Positions 10,185 to 21,200 of a DNA stretch of 64,000 bases are shown here, one piece after another (the first letter of the stretch is position 1; every line of letters starts with the position of its first letter). The stretch is taken from NCBI GenBank assembly GCA_965203485.1, contig OZ241892.1:1536001-1600000 (forward strand), read 5' to 3'. The notes under the pieces were generated by a model, which saw only the letters and a program-made list of their open reading frames with translations, ran no database searches and was not told where the DNA came from. Source of the stretch: Longimicrobiales bacterium (lineage in GTDB: Bacteria > Gemmatimonadota > Gemmatimonadetes > Longimicrobiales > Gaopeijiaceae). The translations under genes and the position numbers were made by a program.

Positions 10185-12092
10185 ATGAAACGCAAGGAGA
10201 CCGGGACCACGCGCGGATGCAGGATGCTCGGGCTGGCCGTCGTGGCGCTCCTCGTCGCGGGCGCGCGGGCCTCGGACTCGCCGGTGGCCGACGCCGCTCA
10301 GCGAGGCGACCTCGAGGCCGTGCGGGCGCTGCTGCGCGACGGCGCGGACGCCAACGCGGCGCAAAACGACGGCATGACCGCGCTCCATTGGGCCGCAAGC
10401 CGCAACGAGGCCGAGATGGCGCGGGCGCTCCTCTACGCGGGCGCCGCCGTGCACGCGACCACGCGGCTGGGGGGCTACACGCCGTTGCATTTGGCGGCGC
10501 GGGCGGGGCACGCGGCGGTTGCCGGGATACTGCTGGAAGCGGGCGCCGATCCGAATCAGTTCACGACGACGGGCGCGACCGCCGCGCACTTTGCGGCCGA
10601 GGCCGACGCGGGAGCGGTGACCGCCGCGTTGCTGGCCCACGGAGCCGACGTGGACGCCCGCGACGCATTCGCCGAGCGGACGCCGTTGATGTTCGCGGCG
10701 GCGCGCGGCGCGGACGCCGCGGTGCGGACCTTGCTGGAAGCGGGCGCCGACTTGGCCTTGACGACGCGCGTCAAGGACTACGCGGCGCTCGACCAAGCCA
10801 TGCGCGAGGAACGGCGCCGGCGCGCCCGCGTCCGCCAGGCCGCCGAAGACCCGGAGTCCGAAAAGCCCGAAGCGGCGCAACCGCAACCCGCGGCGCCGGC
10901 GCAACCTGCCCCCGCGGCGGCACGCGCCCCGGCGAACGCCGCCAATCCGCGGGAAGCCGAACTCGCGCGCGCTCCAGCGGCGCCCGCCAACCCGGCGGAC
11001 TCGGCGCCTCCGCCCGCGCCCGGCAGCGAGGCCGCGCCGGCGGCTAAGCCGCACCCCGTCAAGGCGCTCTCCTCGGCCGAGCAGATCGGCAAGCAGGGCG
11101 GCTTCGGGGCTCTCCACTTCGCAGCGCGCCAGGGACACCGGAGCACGGCGGCGCTCCTCGCCGAGGCCGGCGCCGACATCGACCAGCCGACGGCCGGCGA
11201 CCACTCGAGTCCGTTGCTCGTCGCCGTGGTCAACGGCAACTACGACCTCGCGCGCGACCTGCTCGAGCGCGGCGCCGATCCAAACGTGGTCAGCGACGAC
11301 GGCGCGGGCCCCCTCTTCGCCACCCTGAACATCGAATGGTCCTTGCGCACGTGGTATCCGCAGCCCCAGGCGTTCCGCCAGCAGGAGACCAGCTACCTCG
11401 AGCTGATGCGCCTGCTCCTCGAGGCGGGCGCGAATCCCAACCAGCGCACCACGACGCACATCTGGTACGCCGCGTACAACGCGGGCCGCATGGGCGTGGA
11501 CTTCACCGGCGCCACGCCCTTCTGGAGGGCCGCCTACGCTGTGGACGTGGATGCCATGCGGCTGCTGGTGGCGCGCGGCGCCGACCCCAACATGTGGACG
11601 CTGAACCTGCCGCCGCGGCGACGGTTCACGGATCCGAACTTTCCGGACACGCGGCCCCAGGAACCTCCGGCGGATCCGTCCGGGTTGCCGCCGGTTCCCA
11701 CGGGCGGACCCGCCGTTCATCCGCTGCACGCGGCCGCCGGCGTGGGCTTCGGAACCTCGCGGGTCGCCCAGCAGCACCGCGCCGTGCCCGACGGCTGGCT
11801 GCCGGCCGTGCGCTACCTGATCGAAGAGCTGGGCGTCGACCCCGACTTGCGCGACAAGGACGGCTACAATGCCATCCACCACGCGGCGGCGCGCGGCGAC
11901 AACGCGACGATCCTCTACTTGGCGTTGCAGGGCGCGGACGTGCACGCAATCAGCCGGCGCGGCCAGACCACGGCCGACCTGGCCAACAGCCCGGAGCAAC
12001 GCGCCCAGCCGCACCCCGCGACGGTCGCCCTGCTGGAGAAGCTGGGCTCCCGCAACAACCACCAGTGCCGGTCGTGCGGCGGCAACCGTTAG
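10185..12092 (+). CDS. Secreted ankyrin-repeat protein
   Basis: Many TALHWAA/TPLHLAA/TPLMFAA..GADxN repeats; Pro/Ala-rich linker; C-terminal CRSC. Confidence 0.92.
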   Translation: MKRKETGTTRGCRMLGLAVVALLVAGARASDSPVADAAQRGDLEAVRALLRDGADANAAQNDGMTALHWAASRNEAEMARALLYAGAAVHATTRLGGYTPLHLAARAGHAAVAGILLEAGADPNQFTTTGATAAHFAAEADAGAVTAALLAHGADVDARDAFAERTPLMFAAARGADAAVRTLLEAGADLALTTRVKDYAALDQAMREERRRRARVRQAAEDPESEKPEAAQPQPAAPAQPAPAAARAPANAANPREAELARAPAAPANPADSAPPPAPGSEAAPAAKPHPVKALSSAEQIGKQGGFGALHFAARQGHRSTAALLAEAGADIDQPTAGDHSSPLLVAVVNGNYDLARDLLERGADPNVVSDDGAGPLFATLNIEWSLRTWYPQPQAFRQQETSYLELMRLLLEAGANPNQRTTTHIWYAAYNAGRMGVDFTGATPFWRAAYAVDVDAMRLLVARGADPNMWTLNLPPRRRFTDPNFPDTRPQEPPADPSGLPPVPTGGPAVHPLHAAAGVGFGTSRVAQQHRAVPDGWLPAVRYLIEELGVDPDLRDKDGYNAIHHAAARGDNATILYLALQGADVHAISRRGQTTADLANSPEQRAQPHPATVALLEKLGSRNNHQCRSCGGNR

Positions 12093-12607
12093 GGGTTGCC
12101 GCGGCCGGGCTCTCCGGCGCCGCGTTGTTGGCCGCCCTCTCGCCCGGCGGCGCCGCCGCACAGAACACGGAATGGAACCGCTACACGCTGGAAGGACTGG
12201 TGGGCGTGCACGTGGTGGCGGAAACCAACGACGGCTGTCAAGGCGCTGGTCTGGCCGCGGAGTCCGTTCGAGCGGACGCCGAGACCGCGTTGCGAGACGC
12301 CGGCGTGCCGCTGTTGGCGCGCGAGGAGATGCTCGCGACGCCTGGGTTGCCGGAAGTGCGCGTCGCCTTGGAGTGCGGCGGGGGCGTCTCGGGAGTCGTG
12401 GGCTACGCCGTCTCCGTGCGCGTTCAACAGGCCACCCAGATGATTCGCGACACGCAGATCACTCTTTCGGAGACGGTCACTTGGTACGTCGCCGCAGTCG
12501 GCGTCGCCGAGGCTGCGTCCACGGCTTCGGCCGTGAACACGGCGCTTCGGGCAAAGCTGGCGGAGTTCGCGGAAGCCTTCGAGGCGGCGAACGCCAAAGA
12601 GAGTTAG
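12074..12607 (+). CDS. Hypothetical secreted protein
   Basis: GTG start overlapping the ankyrin end, signal peptide ending AAA-Q, two Cys, protein-like composition. Confidence 0.65.
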   Translation: MRRQPLGVAAAGLSGAALLAALSPGGAAAQNTEWNRYTLEGLVGVHVVAETNDGCQGAGLAAESVRADAETALRDAGVPLLAREEMLATPGLPEVRVALECGGGVSGVVGYAVSVRVQQATQMIRDTQITLSETVTWYVAAVGVAEAASTASAVNTALRAKLAEFAEAFEAANAKES

Positions 12608-12688
12608 GGAGACTCGCCGGGAGGCTGTCCACACAGGCTTTCGCCGGCGCCGCAGTCGCGAACGCGAAGCGCCCGAGGCGGGGCCGCC

Positions 12689-14980
12689 TCAGCCGCCGAG
12701 CACGTTGAGCTGGCGGGTGAACTTGAGGAAGACGGAACGGCCTATCGGTCCTGCGAGGTCGCCGATGCCGCGCACGTCGTTGTAGACGACGAAGAGTCCC
12801 GTGCCCGCGGTGTTCAGCCAGCCGAAGCGCACGTTGGCCGACCACTGATCGATCTGGTCGGAGTACTGGACCAGCGTCTGGAGGTAGATCCGCGGCGTGA
12901 AGAAGTAGCCCAGCTTGACGCTGGCCAGCGTCGCCGTGAAATCGCCCTGCGGGAGGTGCACGTCGTTGTAGGCTACCCGGAGCGTGGCGCTGGAGCGGGC
13001 GCCCCGGCGGATCGTGACGTTCGCGCTCGACGTCCGCTTGCTTCCCGACAGGAAGCCGCCCCAGTTGAAGCGGGAATTGAGCGACAGGGTCCGCGACTGG
13101 TCTGTGAAGAAGACAATTTGCGACTCCCAGCCCGCGTACGTGCCCGCGGGAACCACCACCTGGGCGCCCGATATCTCGAAGGGTTCGTACAAGCCTTCGG
13201 TCACGTAGTTGGCGCCGGTGTGCAACTCCATTCCCGAGGACCACTCCCAGTGGGTGTCGAGGTGCCAGCGCGACGACTCCTCGAAGCCACGGGCTACCCC
13301 GTCCCTGATCGTCCGGTACGTGAAGTAGGAAACATGCGGGCGCACTTCTCGGAACAAGCGGGAGGGACGCCAGTACCACATTCCAAACGCTTGGTAGTAG
13401 CGATGGCCGCTACGCGGCAGGAAACCGACTTCGGGGTTGAACTGCTCGCCGATCTCTCGAACGGTCGCGTTGGCTCGCCAGTTGCGGCTGGCCCAGCTGC
13501 CGGTCAAGTCCCAAGCCATGTCCGATCCATCGAGCCCCGGCGTCTCGGTACGCCCCACGAACGAGGTGAGCGTTAGCTGGTCGCCGATGCCGATGCGTCC
13601 GTCGAATGCGTAGGTGCGGTTGAAGTCGTCGTTCAAGCCGCTGCCCCGGTTGACGAAGATGCCGCCCAGCCGCGACCTGTTGGGCAGTTCCTTGGCCACC
13701 CGCGCCACCGAGTAGTGGTTGGCCGCGCCGCCCGCCTCGGCCGCGTCCGTGCGGATGTGCAGCAGGCCCAGGTTGAGGCCGGCCACTCGTCCCGACAGCC
13801 GTCCTCCGCCCTTGATGGGAACCGGTTGCCCGTCCGAGATGCCGATCCGCCGACTGAAGAACAGGTCGGCGCCCCCCGCCCCGACCGTGAAGAAGCCCGC
13901 ATTCTCCAGGAAGAACGGGCGCTTCTCGGGGAAGAGCAGCGAAAAACGAGTGAGGTTGACCTGCTGGTCGTCCACCTCCACCTGGGCGAAGTCGGTGTTG
14001 AAGGTGGCGTCGAGGGTCAAGCCCTGCGTGACTTGGATCTTGGTCTCGCCGCCGATTTCCGCGTCGCGCTCGAAGGATGTCTGCACGGCGTTCTCGTAGT
14101 CTCTCGCCGTCGAGCCGAGCACGTACGGCGTAATGGTGGCCGCCCGGCGAAACGGCGGCTCGACGCCCGCCAGCTGCCCAGCGAAGTCCAGTCGGTAGAG
14201 GCCGAACTCCCGCGGCACGGGCGCCCAGAAGTCCTCTTCGTTGAGTCGCCGGATCCGCCGCGACACGTTGAATCCCCACACGTCGGTCTCGGACCCGTAG
14301 CGGAGCGTGCTGAAGGGGATGCGGAACTCCGCGTACCAACCCTTTTCGTCGCGCGAGGACGCCACGGTCCAGCTGCCGTCCCAGTTCTTGTTGAAGCCGC
14401 CGCCCGCGCCCGCCTGGAACCGCCGTTGCCCCCCGCCCCCGCCGCCGAGAAAGAAGCCGCCCCCGCCGCCCTGGGCCGCGACTTGGCCGTCGTACTCGAT
14501 GCCCGCCGGAGTGGTGCCGAAGACGAAGCCGTTCTGCTGGTCGTTGTACGTGTCGAAGACCATCAGGATCGCGTCCGCGTCGGTGATCTCGTAGTCGCGT
14601 ATCGATTCGCCCGGCACGATCCCGGCGGCCTGCGAGTCGTAGGCCCAAACGGCCACGTAGAGGGCGTCCCGGTCGAAGAGGATGCGCAACTCGGTGCGTT
14701 CCGAGGCGGGTTGGCCGTCGGCGGGTTCGCGCTGGACGAAGTCGGTGAGCGGCGCGGCGGCCTGCCAAGCAGTCTCGCTCGGCACGCCATCGACGATCGG
14801 GGGCGTGGCTGTTCGCGCGGCGACGGCCGTGCCGCCCGCGGGCCGCGCGCCGGAGCCGCCGGTTTCGCCTTGCACGGCGGCGTCTTGGGCCCCGAGCGGG
14901 CCAGCGCAGACCACGGAAGCAAGGAGTGCGCCGACCGTTGCGGCCGACGCACGGAGAGAGATCGGGCGAACTCGTGTCAT
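12689..14980 (-). CDS. CBM9-like + DUF5916 outer-membrane protein
   Basis: PIVDG..W, TELRILFD..LYV, WYAEFRIPFSTLRY, NTDFAQVEVD..NLTRFSLLFPEKRPFFLE, LFFSRRIG; beta-strand-rich C-terminus. Confidence 0.88.
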   Translation of the reverse strand: MTRVRPISLRASAATVGALLASVVCAGPLGAQDAAVQGETGGSGARPAGGTAVAARTATPPIVDGVPSETAWQAAAPLTDFVQREPADGQPASERTELRILFDRDALYVAVWAYDSQAAGIVPGESIRDYEITDADAILMVFDTYNDQQNGFVFGTTPAGIEYDGQVAAQGGGGGFFLGGGGGGQRRFQAGAGGGFNKNWDGSWTVASSRDEKGWYAEFRIPFSTLRYGSETDVWGFNVSRRIRRLNEEDFWAPVPREFGLYRLDFAGQLAGVEPPFRRAATITPYVLGSTARDYENAVQTSFERDAEIGGETKIQVTQGLTLDATFNTDFAQVEVDDQQVNLTRFSLLFPEKRPFFLENAGFFTVGAGGADLFFSRRIGISDGQPVPIKGGGRLSGRVAGLNLGLLHIRTDAAEAGGAANHYSVARVAKELPNRSRLGGIFVNRGSGLNDDFNRTYAFDGRIGIGDQLTLTSFVGRTETPGLDGSDMAWDLTGSWASRNWRANATVREIGEQFNPEVGFLPRSGHRYYQAFGMWYWRPSRLFREVRPHVSYFTYRTIRDGVARGFEESSRWHLDTHWEWSSGMELHTGANYVTEGLYEPFEISGAQVVVPAGTYAGWESQIVFFTDQSRTLSLNSRFNWGGFLSGSKRTSSANVTIRRGARSSATLRVAYNDVHLPQGDFTATLASVKLGYFFTPRIYLQTLVQYSDQIDQWSANVRFGWLNTAGTGLFVVYNDVRGIGDLAGPIGRSVFLKFTRQLNVLGG

Positions 14981-15215
14981 GGCAGTGCGCGGCAAATGCG
15001 ACGAGCGGGCGATGCCGGGTTTCGGCATCCACAACCGCAACTGACCGCAACATCGGAATACTACCGTGTGCGCGCAGTCGAGCCAAGCCGGCGACCGAGT
15101 CCGCTTGTCGGACCAAAGCAGAGATGTCCGCATCCAGTGCGGCGGTCTCCGTCATTGGGGGTCGCTGCAAGATCATCTGCCCCGCCTGAGCGAGCACGGT
15201 CGTCTTCGGGCGCTA

Positions 15216-18200
15216 CTATCTGATCCGGATGGCGCCTGCTAGGCCGAGGCGGCGTTGCGGGGGTTCGAGCGGCGAGGAGGCGTGCTCGCCGTAGAGGTGG
15301 AGGAGGAACCGCAGGCTCTCGGCGGCGGGCGAGTGCGCGGCCGTGCCGGACTGGGCGGACTTGCCGAGCAGCGAGAAGCGCGCGCCGGCGTTGAAGCGCT
15401 GGCCGGCGCCGGCGTCCTGGCTCCAGCGTCCGAACGGCGTGATCGTGGCGCCGTTGTCGAGCGCGACGCCCCAGCCGAGCTCCATGGCCATGCGCCCGGG
15501 CGCCCAGCCGGACGGCGCGGCCGTCGGCGCCGTTTGCGCTGTCTGCACGGCGGGTTCGAGCGCGGCGGCGCCTTGGCGCCAGAGTTCGCCCGTCACGCCC
15601 GCGCCGGTGCCCCAGGTCGGCTCGACGGAGAGCAACAGGCCATCCTCGGCGCCGCCGCCGGGCTGGAGCCGGAGCGAGACGCCGGCGCCCCATTCGCGCA
15701 ACCCCTCGGCCTGGTGCGCGAGCAGCGCGCGCCCGCGCATCGCGACGGACAGGCCGGTGGGCGCGTGGTCGAACGACGCTTCGCCGCCGGCCTCGGCGCC
15801 GAGGCCGGTCTCGGCGTCGCCGGCGTCGAGGCGCGCGCCGAGCTCGAGCCGCGTGCGCAGCGACGCTTCGCCGCCGAGCGCCCAGGTCTTCGCGACTTCG
15901 GGCGCGAGCCGGACGCGGTGCGCGCGCGCGGTCACGCCTGCCAGGTCGGCCGCGTCGTCGGAGCGCACGCGCACGGAGAACGCGTCGGCCTTGAGCGCGA
16001 TGCCGCCCGCCAGCTCGCGGCGCGCGCCGAGCGCGCCCATCAGCATCGCGATGTCGGCGCCGAACCGGCCGCCGGCCGTCTCCTCGAGCGTCGCGTCGCC
16101 GGTTCCTGCGCCTGCGAGGGCCCAGAGGCCGAGCCCGCCGGTGGGCGACCAGTGCACGTAGGGATGCACGCTGGTCAGGCTCGCGGCGACGGAGCCCGCG
16201 CCGTTGACGGCGCTCTCGAACTCGGTCTCGAAGCTGCTGCGCGCGCCGGCGACGCCGACGAGCAGGCCGGACGCGAAGCGGTAGTCGGCGCCGAGGTGCG
16301 CCGAGCGCGCGCGCCCGCCGTCGAAGCGCAGGCCGTCGGCCGGGCGGCCCTCGTAGCCGCCCATGCCCGCGCGGCCCCAGACGGTCCAGCCGGGACGCAG
16401 GCCGGCGGCGTCCTGCGCGCCGAACGCGCCCGAGTCGCTGGCCGCGCCGCCGCCGAGCGAGAGCTGGAACGAGCTGCGCTCGAGCAGGTCGCCGCCCGAC
16501 AGCGGATTGAACGTCACGCCGCCCGGCGCGGCCGCCGCCGGCTCCTGCTGGCCCCGGTAGTCGCCGACCGCGCCGAGTCCGGCGGCGGCGCCTGCCGGGC
16601 CGCCGAATCCGCCTGCTCCAGCGCCCGGGCCGCCGAAGAGCAGCGCGGCCGGGTCGAGCGCGCCAGCGGACTGCGCGCCACCCAGGCCGCCGGCGCTCGG
16701 CAACGCGACTTGGACGCCGAGCAGGCCCGACGCCGCACGCGCCAGCGCCTGCCAGCCGCACGCTCGGTCGCCCGTTTCGGCGCCCGCCCCGGCGGCTCCA
16801 ACCCGGTCCTCCGCCCGTTGCGCGAAGCCGCCGTCGCACCCCACGGCGCGTCCTCCGAGCTGGAGGTGCGAGCGTCCGAGTCCGCCGGCCGACTCGATCC
16901 CGAGCCTGCCGCCGATCACGTCGACGGCCTCGGCGCCGACGGAGCGCCCGAACGCGGCCAGCGCGCCCTCGAGCACGCGCGCTCGCTCGGAGCGCGACGC
17001 CTCGACGACGACGGCGACGGTCTGCTCGGCGGCCAGCCCGCCGGGATCGGTCGCCGTCACCGTCACGCTCGCCGTGCCGATAGCGAACGGCTGGATGGTC
17101 AGCACGCCGCCCGCAACGCTCGCCGCCGCCACCGCCGTGTCCGACGACTCGGCGGCGTACGCGAGCGCGTCGCCGTCCGGGTCCCGGAAGTACGCGTCCA
17201 GCGTCTCCTGCACGGCCGCGCCGTGCGCGTCGAGCGCCGCGACGGCGATCTGCGCGGTCGCTTCGGGCGCCTCGTTGACGTCGGTCACGACGACGGTCGC
17301 GTTCGCCGTCGCCGCCAGGCCGCCCCTGTCCGTCGCGGCGACGACGAGCGCGTGCTCGCGCGGACCCGTCTCGTAGTCCTCGCCGGCGCCGACGTAGCGC
17401 ACGGCGCCGCTCGATGCGTCCAGCTCGAACAGGCCGCCGCCGCCCGAGACCAGGCTGTACGACAGCACGTCGCCCTCGTCCTCGTCGGCGGCGGCGACGG
17501 CGCCGACGGCGAGCGGGCCGGCAGCGTTCTCGGCCAGCTCGAACGTCCAGCTCGCCTGCTCGAACACGGGCGCCTCGTTCACGTCGGCGACGACGACGAC
17601 GACGGCCGCCTGCGCGGCGAGGCCGTCGGCGCCCGTCGCGGCGACGACGAGCGCGTGCTCGCGCGGGCCCGTCTCGTAGTCTTCGCCGACGCCCACGTAG
17701 CTGATCGCGCCGCTCGCAACGTCCAGCTCGAACAGGCCGCCGCCGCCCGAGACCAGGCTGTACGACAGCGCCTCGCCCTCGTCCGGGTCGGTCGCCGACA
17801 CCGTGCCCAGCACTATGGGCCCGGCCGCGTTCTCGGCCAGCTCGAACGTCCAGCTCGCCTGCTCGAACACGGGCGCCTCGTCGGCGTCGGCGACGGCTAC
17901 CACGACGCCGGCCGCCGCTCGCAATCCGCCCGCGTCGGCGACGGCGACGGCCAGCGCGTGCTCGCGCGGGCCCGTCTCGTAGTCTTCGCCGGCGCCGACG
18001 TAGCGCACGGCGCCGCTCGCAGCGTCCAGCTCGAACAGGCCGCCGCCGCCCGAGACGAGGCTGTACGACAGCGCCTCGCCCTCGTCCGGGTCGGTCGCGC
18101 TGACCGTGCCCAGCACTATGGGCCCGGCCGCGTTCTCGGCCAGCTCGAACGTCCAGCTCGCCCGCTCGAACGCCGGCGCCTCGTTCGCGTTCGTCACCTT

Positions 18201-21200
18201 CACCGTCACGCGGACGGTCGACGCGAGGCCGCCGACGTCGGCGGCCGACACGACGAGCGCGTGCTCGCGCGGGCCGGCCTCGTAGTCCTCGCCCGCGCCG
18301 ACGTAGCTGACCTCGCCGCTCGTCTCGCCCACCTCGAACAGGCCGCCGCCGCCCTCGCGCAGCCGGTAGTACACCTCGTCGCCCTCGTCCGGGTCCACGG
18401 CGCTCACGGCGCCCACGACGACGGCGCCCGCGACGTTCTCGGCCAGCTCGAACGCGTACGACTCGGCCCCGAACTTCGGCGGCCGTCCCGGCTCCGGCTC
18501 GCCGCCGCCGCCCTCGACCCTGCGCGTCGGATCGCTCGCGAACGCATGGCTGCCCAGCGACAGCGCAGCCGGCGTCGAACCGTCGGCGGCCGACACGATC
18601 GCGGCGCCGCTCGCGTCCAGCGCGCCGGCGGCCAGCGCGATCCCGTTCGGCGCGCGGTCGTGAGGACGCACCTCGTACGCGAACTCGACGCGCCGCCCGC
18701 TCGCCGACGCCAGCGCGGCGTGCACCGTGCGCGTGCCCATCGCCAGCGCCAAGCGCGGGCCGCCCGTCACGCTCACCGGCCGGTCGAACACGACGGCGAT
18801 CTCGATCGTCTGGCCGGCGCGCCACCGGCCGCCCGACGGCGGACGGCCCGCCTCGACGCCCGCGACCGCAGGCGGCGACACCACGCTGCCGTCCACCAAG
18901 TGGCCGCCGACGTTCGTCAGCGCGTGGCCGCCCAGCGACAGTCCAGCCGCCGCCGTGCCGCCCAGCAGCGTGATCGCGCCGCCGTTCAGCGACAGCGCGC
19001 CCGCGCCCACGCTGATCCCGTCCGCGTCGGCGTCCGACGCCTGAACGGCGTACGCGAACTCGAGCGCAGCGCCCTGCGTCGCGCCCAACGCGCCCGCCCT
19101 AGCGCCGGAGCCCGCCGAACCGCCGTCCCAACCCGCGCCTGCATAGCCTGCCGCGACGCCGGCCCAGCCCGCGGAGCCGGAGCCCGCCGCGCCGCCGACC
19201 CAGCCCGCGCGCGCGGCGGCGGCGTAGCCGACGACGCGCACGAAGCGCGCCGCGCGCGTCTGCGCGCCGATCGTCAGCGCCAGCTGCGGCGAGCCCGTAA
19301 CGGCGACGGCGCGGTCGAAGCGCACGTGCACGCGGATCTCCTCGCCCAGCTCGTAGCGGCCGCCGCCGATCGGCGCGCTCGCCAGCGTCACGCCCGCCAC
19401 GGCAGGCGCCGTCTCGGCGCTCCCGTCCACCAGGTGGCCCGCGACGTTCGACAGCGCGTGCGTGCCCAGCGACAGAACGGCCGCCACGCGCCCGCCCGCG
19501 ATCATGATCGTCCCGCCGTTCAGCGACAGCGCCGCCGCCGCGACGCTCACGCCGTCGGCGTCGGCGTCGGCGCCCGCGACGACGTAGCCGAACACCAGCT
19601 CGGCCGTGCCGCTCCCGCTCGCGTAGCCCGCCTGCCGCGTCGCGCTCCCGATGCCCAGCGCCAGCTGCGGCGCGCCCGCAACGTCGACCGGACGGCTGAA
19701 CGCCAGCGCGACGGCGATCCGCTCGCTCAACCCGTACGCGCTCCCGTTCGCAGGCGACGATACCAGCCGCGCGCCCGTCACGACCGGCGCCGCCTCGAGC
19801 GTGCCGGCGACGGCGTGGCCGCTCGCGTTCACTATCGCGTGGCTCCCCAGCGACAGAACCGCCGCCGCCGTGCCGCCCGCGACCACCAGCGTCCCGCCGC
19901 TCAGCGACAACGCGCCCGCGCCAACGCTGATCCCGTCCCTGTCGGCGTCCGCCGCCTGAACCACGTACGCGAACTCGAGCTCGGACGTGCCGCTCCCGCT
20001 CGCGTAGCCCGCCTGCCGCGTCGCAGCGCCGATGCCCAACGCCAGCTCGGGCGTGCCCGTCACCGCCACCGCGCGGTCGAAGCGCACCGCCACCCGTATC
20101 TCCTCGCCCAGTCCGTACGACCCGCCGCGCGACGGCGCGCTCGCCAGCCGAGCGCCCGCAACCGCCGGCGCGCCCTCGACGCTGCCGTCCACCTTGTGCG
20201 CGCCAGCGTTCGCGATCGCGCTCGAGCCCAGGCCCAGCCCGGCCGCCGTCGCCCCGTCGCGCGCGTCGGCTATCGCGCCGCCGTTCAACGACAGCGCGCT
20301 CGCGCCCACGCTGATCCCGTCGGCGTCCGCGTCCGCAGACGCGACCACGTAGCCGAACACCAGCGCGCGCGTCCCGCTCCCGCCAGCGTAGCCCGCCTGC
20401 TTCGTCGCGCTCCCGATGCCCAGCGCCAGCTGCGGCGCGCCCGTCACGACGACCGGGCGAGCGAACGTCACCCGTACCTCGATGCGCTCGCCCAACCCGT
20501 ACGTGTCGCCGCTCGCCGGCGCGCTCGTCACCGACGCCGCGCTCGGCGACGACGCCGTGAACGTCCCGCCCGCCACCTTGTGGCCCCCGCTGTTCGCCAC
20601 CGCGTGCGCGCCCAGGCCCAGCAAAGCGTCCGCCGTGCCGCCCGACACCTTGATCGTCCCGCCGTTCAGCGCCAAAGCGCCCGCCGCGACGCTGAGCCCG
20701 TCGGCGTCCGCGTCGGCGGACACGACCACGTACCGGAACGCCAGCGCAGCCGTCCCGCTGCCGCCCGCGTAGCCCGCCTGCTTCGTCGCAGCGCCGATGC
20801 CCAGCGCCAGCTGCGGCGCGCCCGTCACCGCCACCGCCTTGTTGAACTCGACCTCGACCTCGACCGTGTCGCCGCGCTCGAACGTGTCGCCCACCTGCGG
20901 CGACCCGATCGTCACGCCCATCACCCCCGGCGGGCCGCGCGTCGCGTCCACGCGGTGGCCCCCAGCGTCCGCGACCGCGCTCGACCCCAGGCCCAGCGCC
21001 GCCGCCGTCGAACCGTCGCGACCGTCCGCGATCGCGCCGCCGTTCAGCGCCAAAGCGCTCGCGCCGATGCTGAGCCCGTCGGAGTCGGCGTCGCCCGCGA
21101 CGACCACGTAGCCGAACGCCAGCGTCTTCGTGCCCGTGCCGCCCGCGTAGTCCGCCTGCCGCGTCGCAGCGCCGAACGACAGCGCCAGCTGCGGCGTGCC

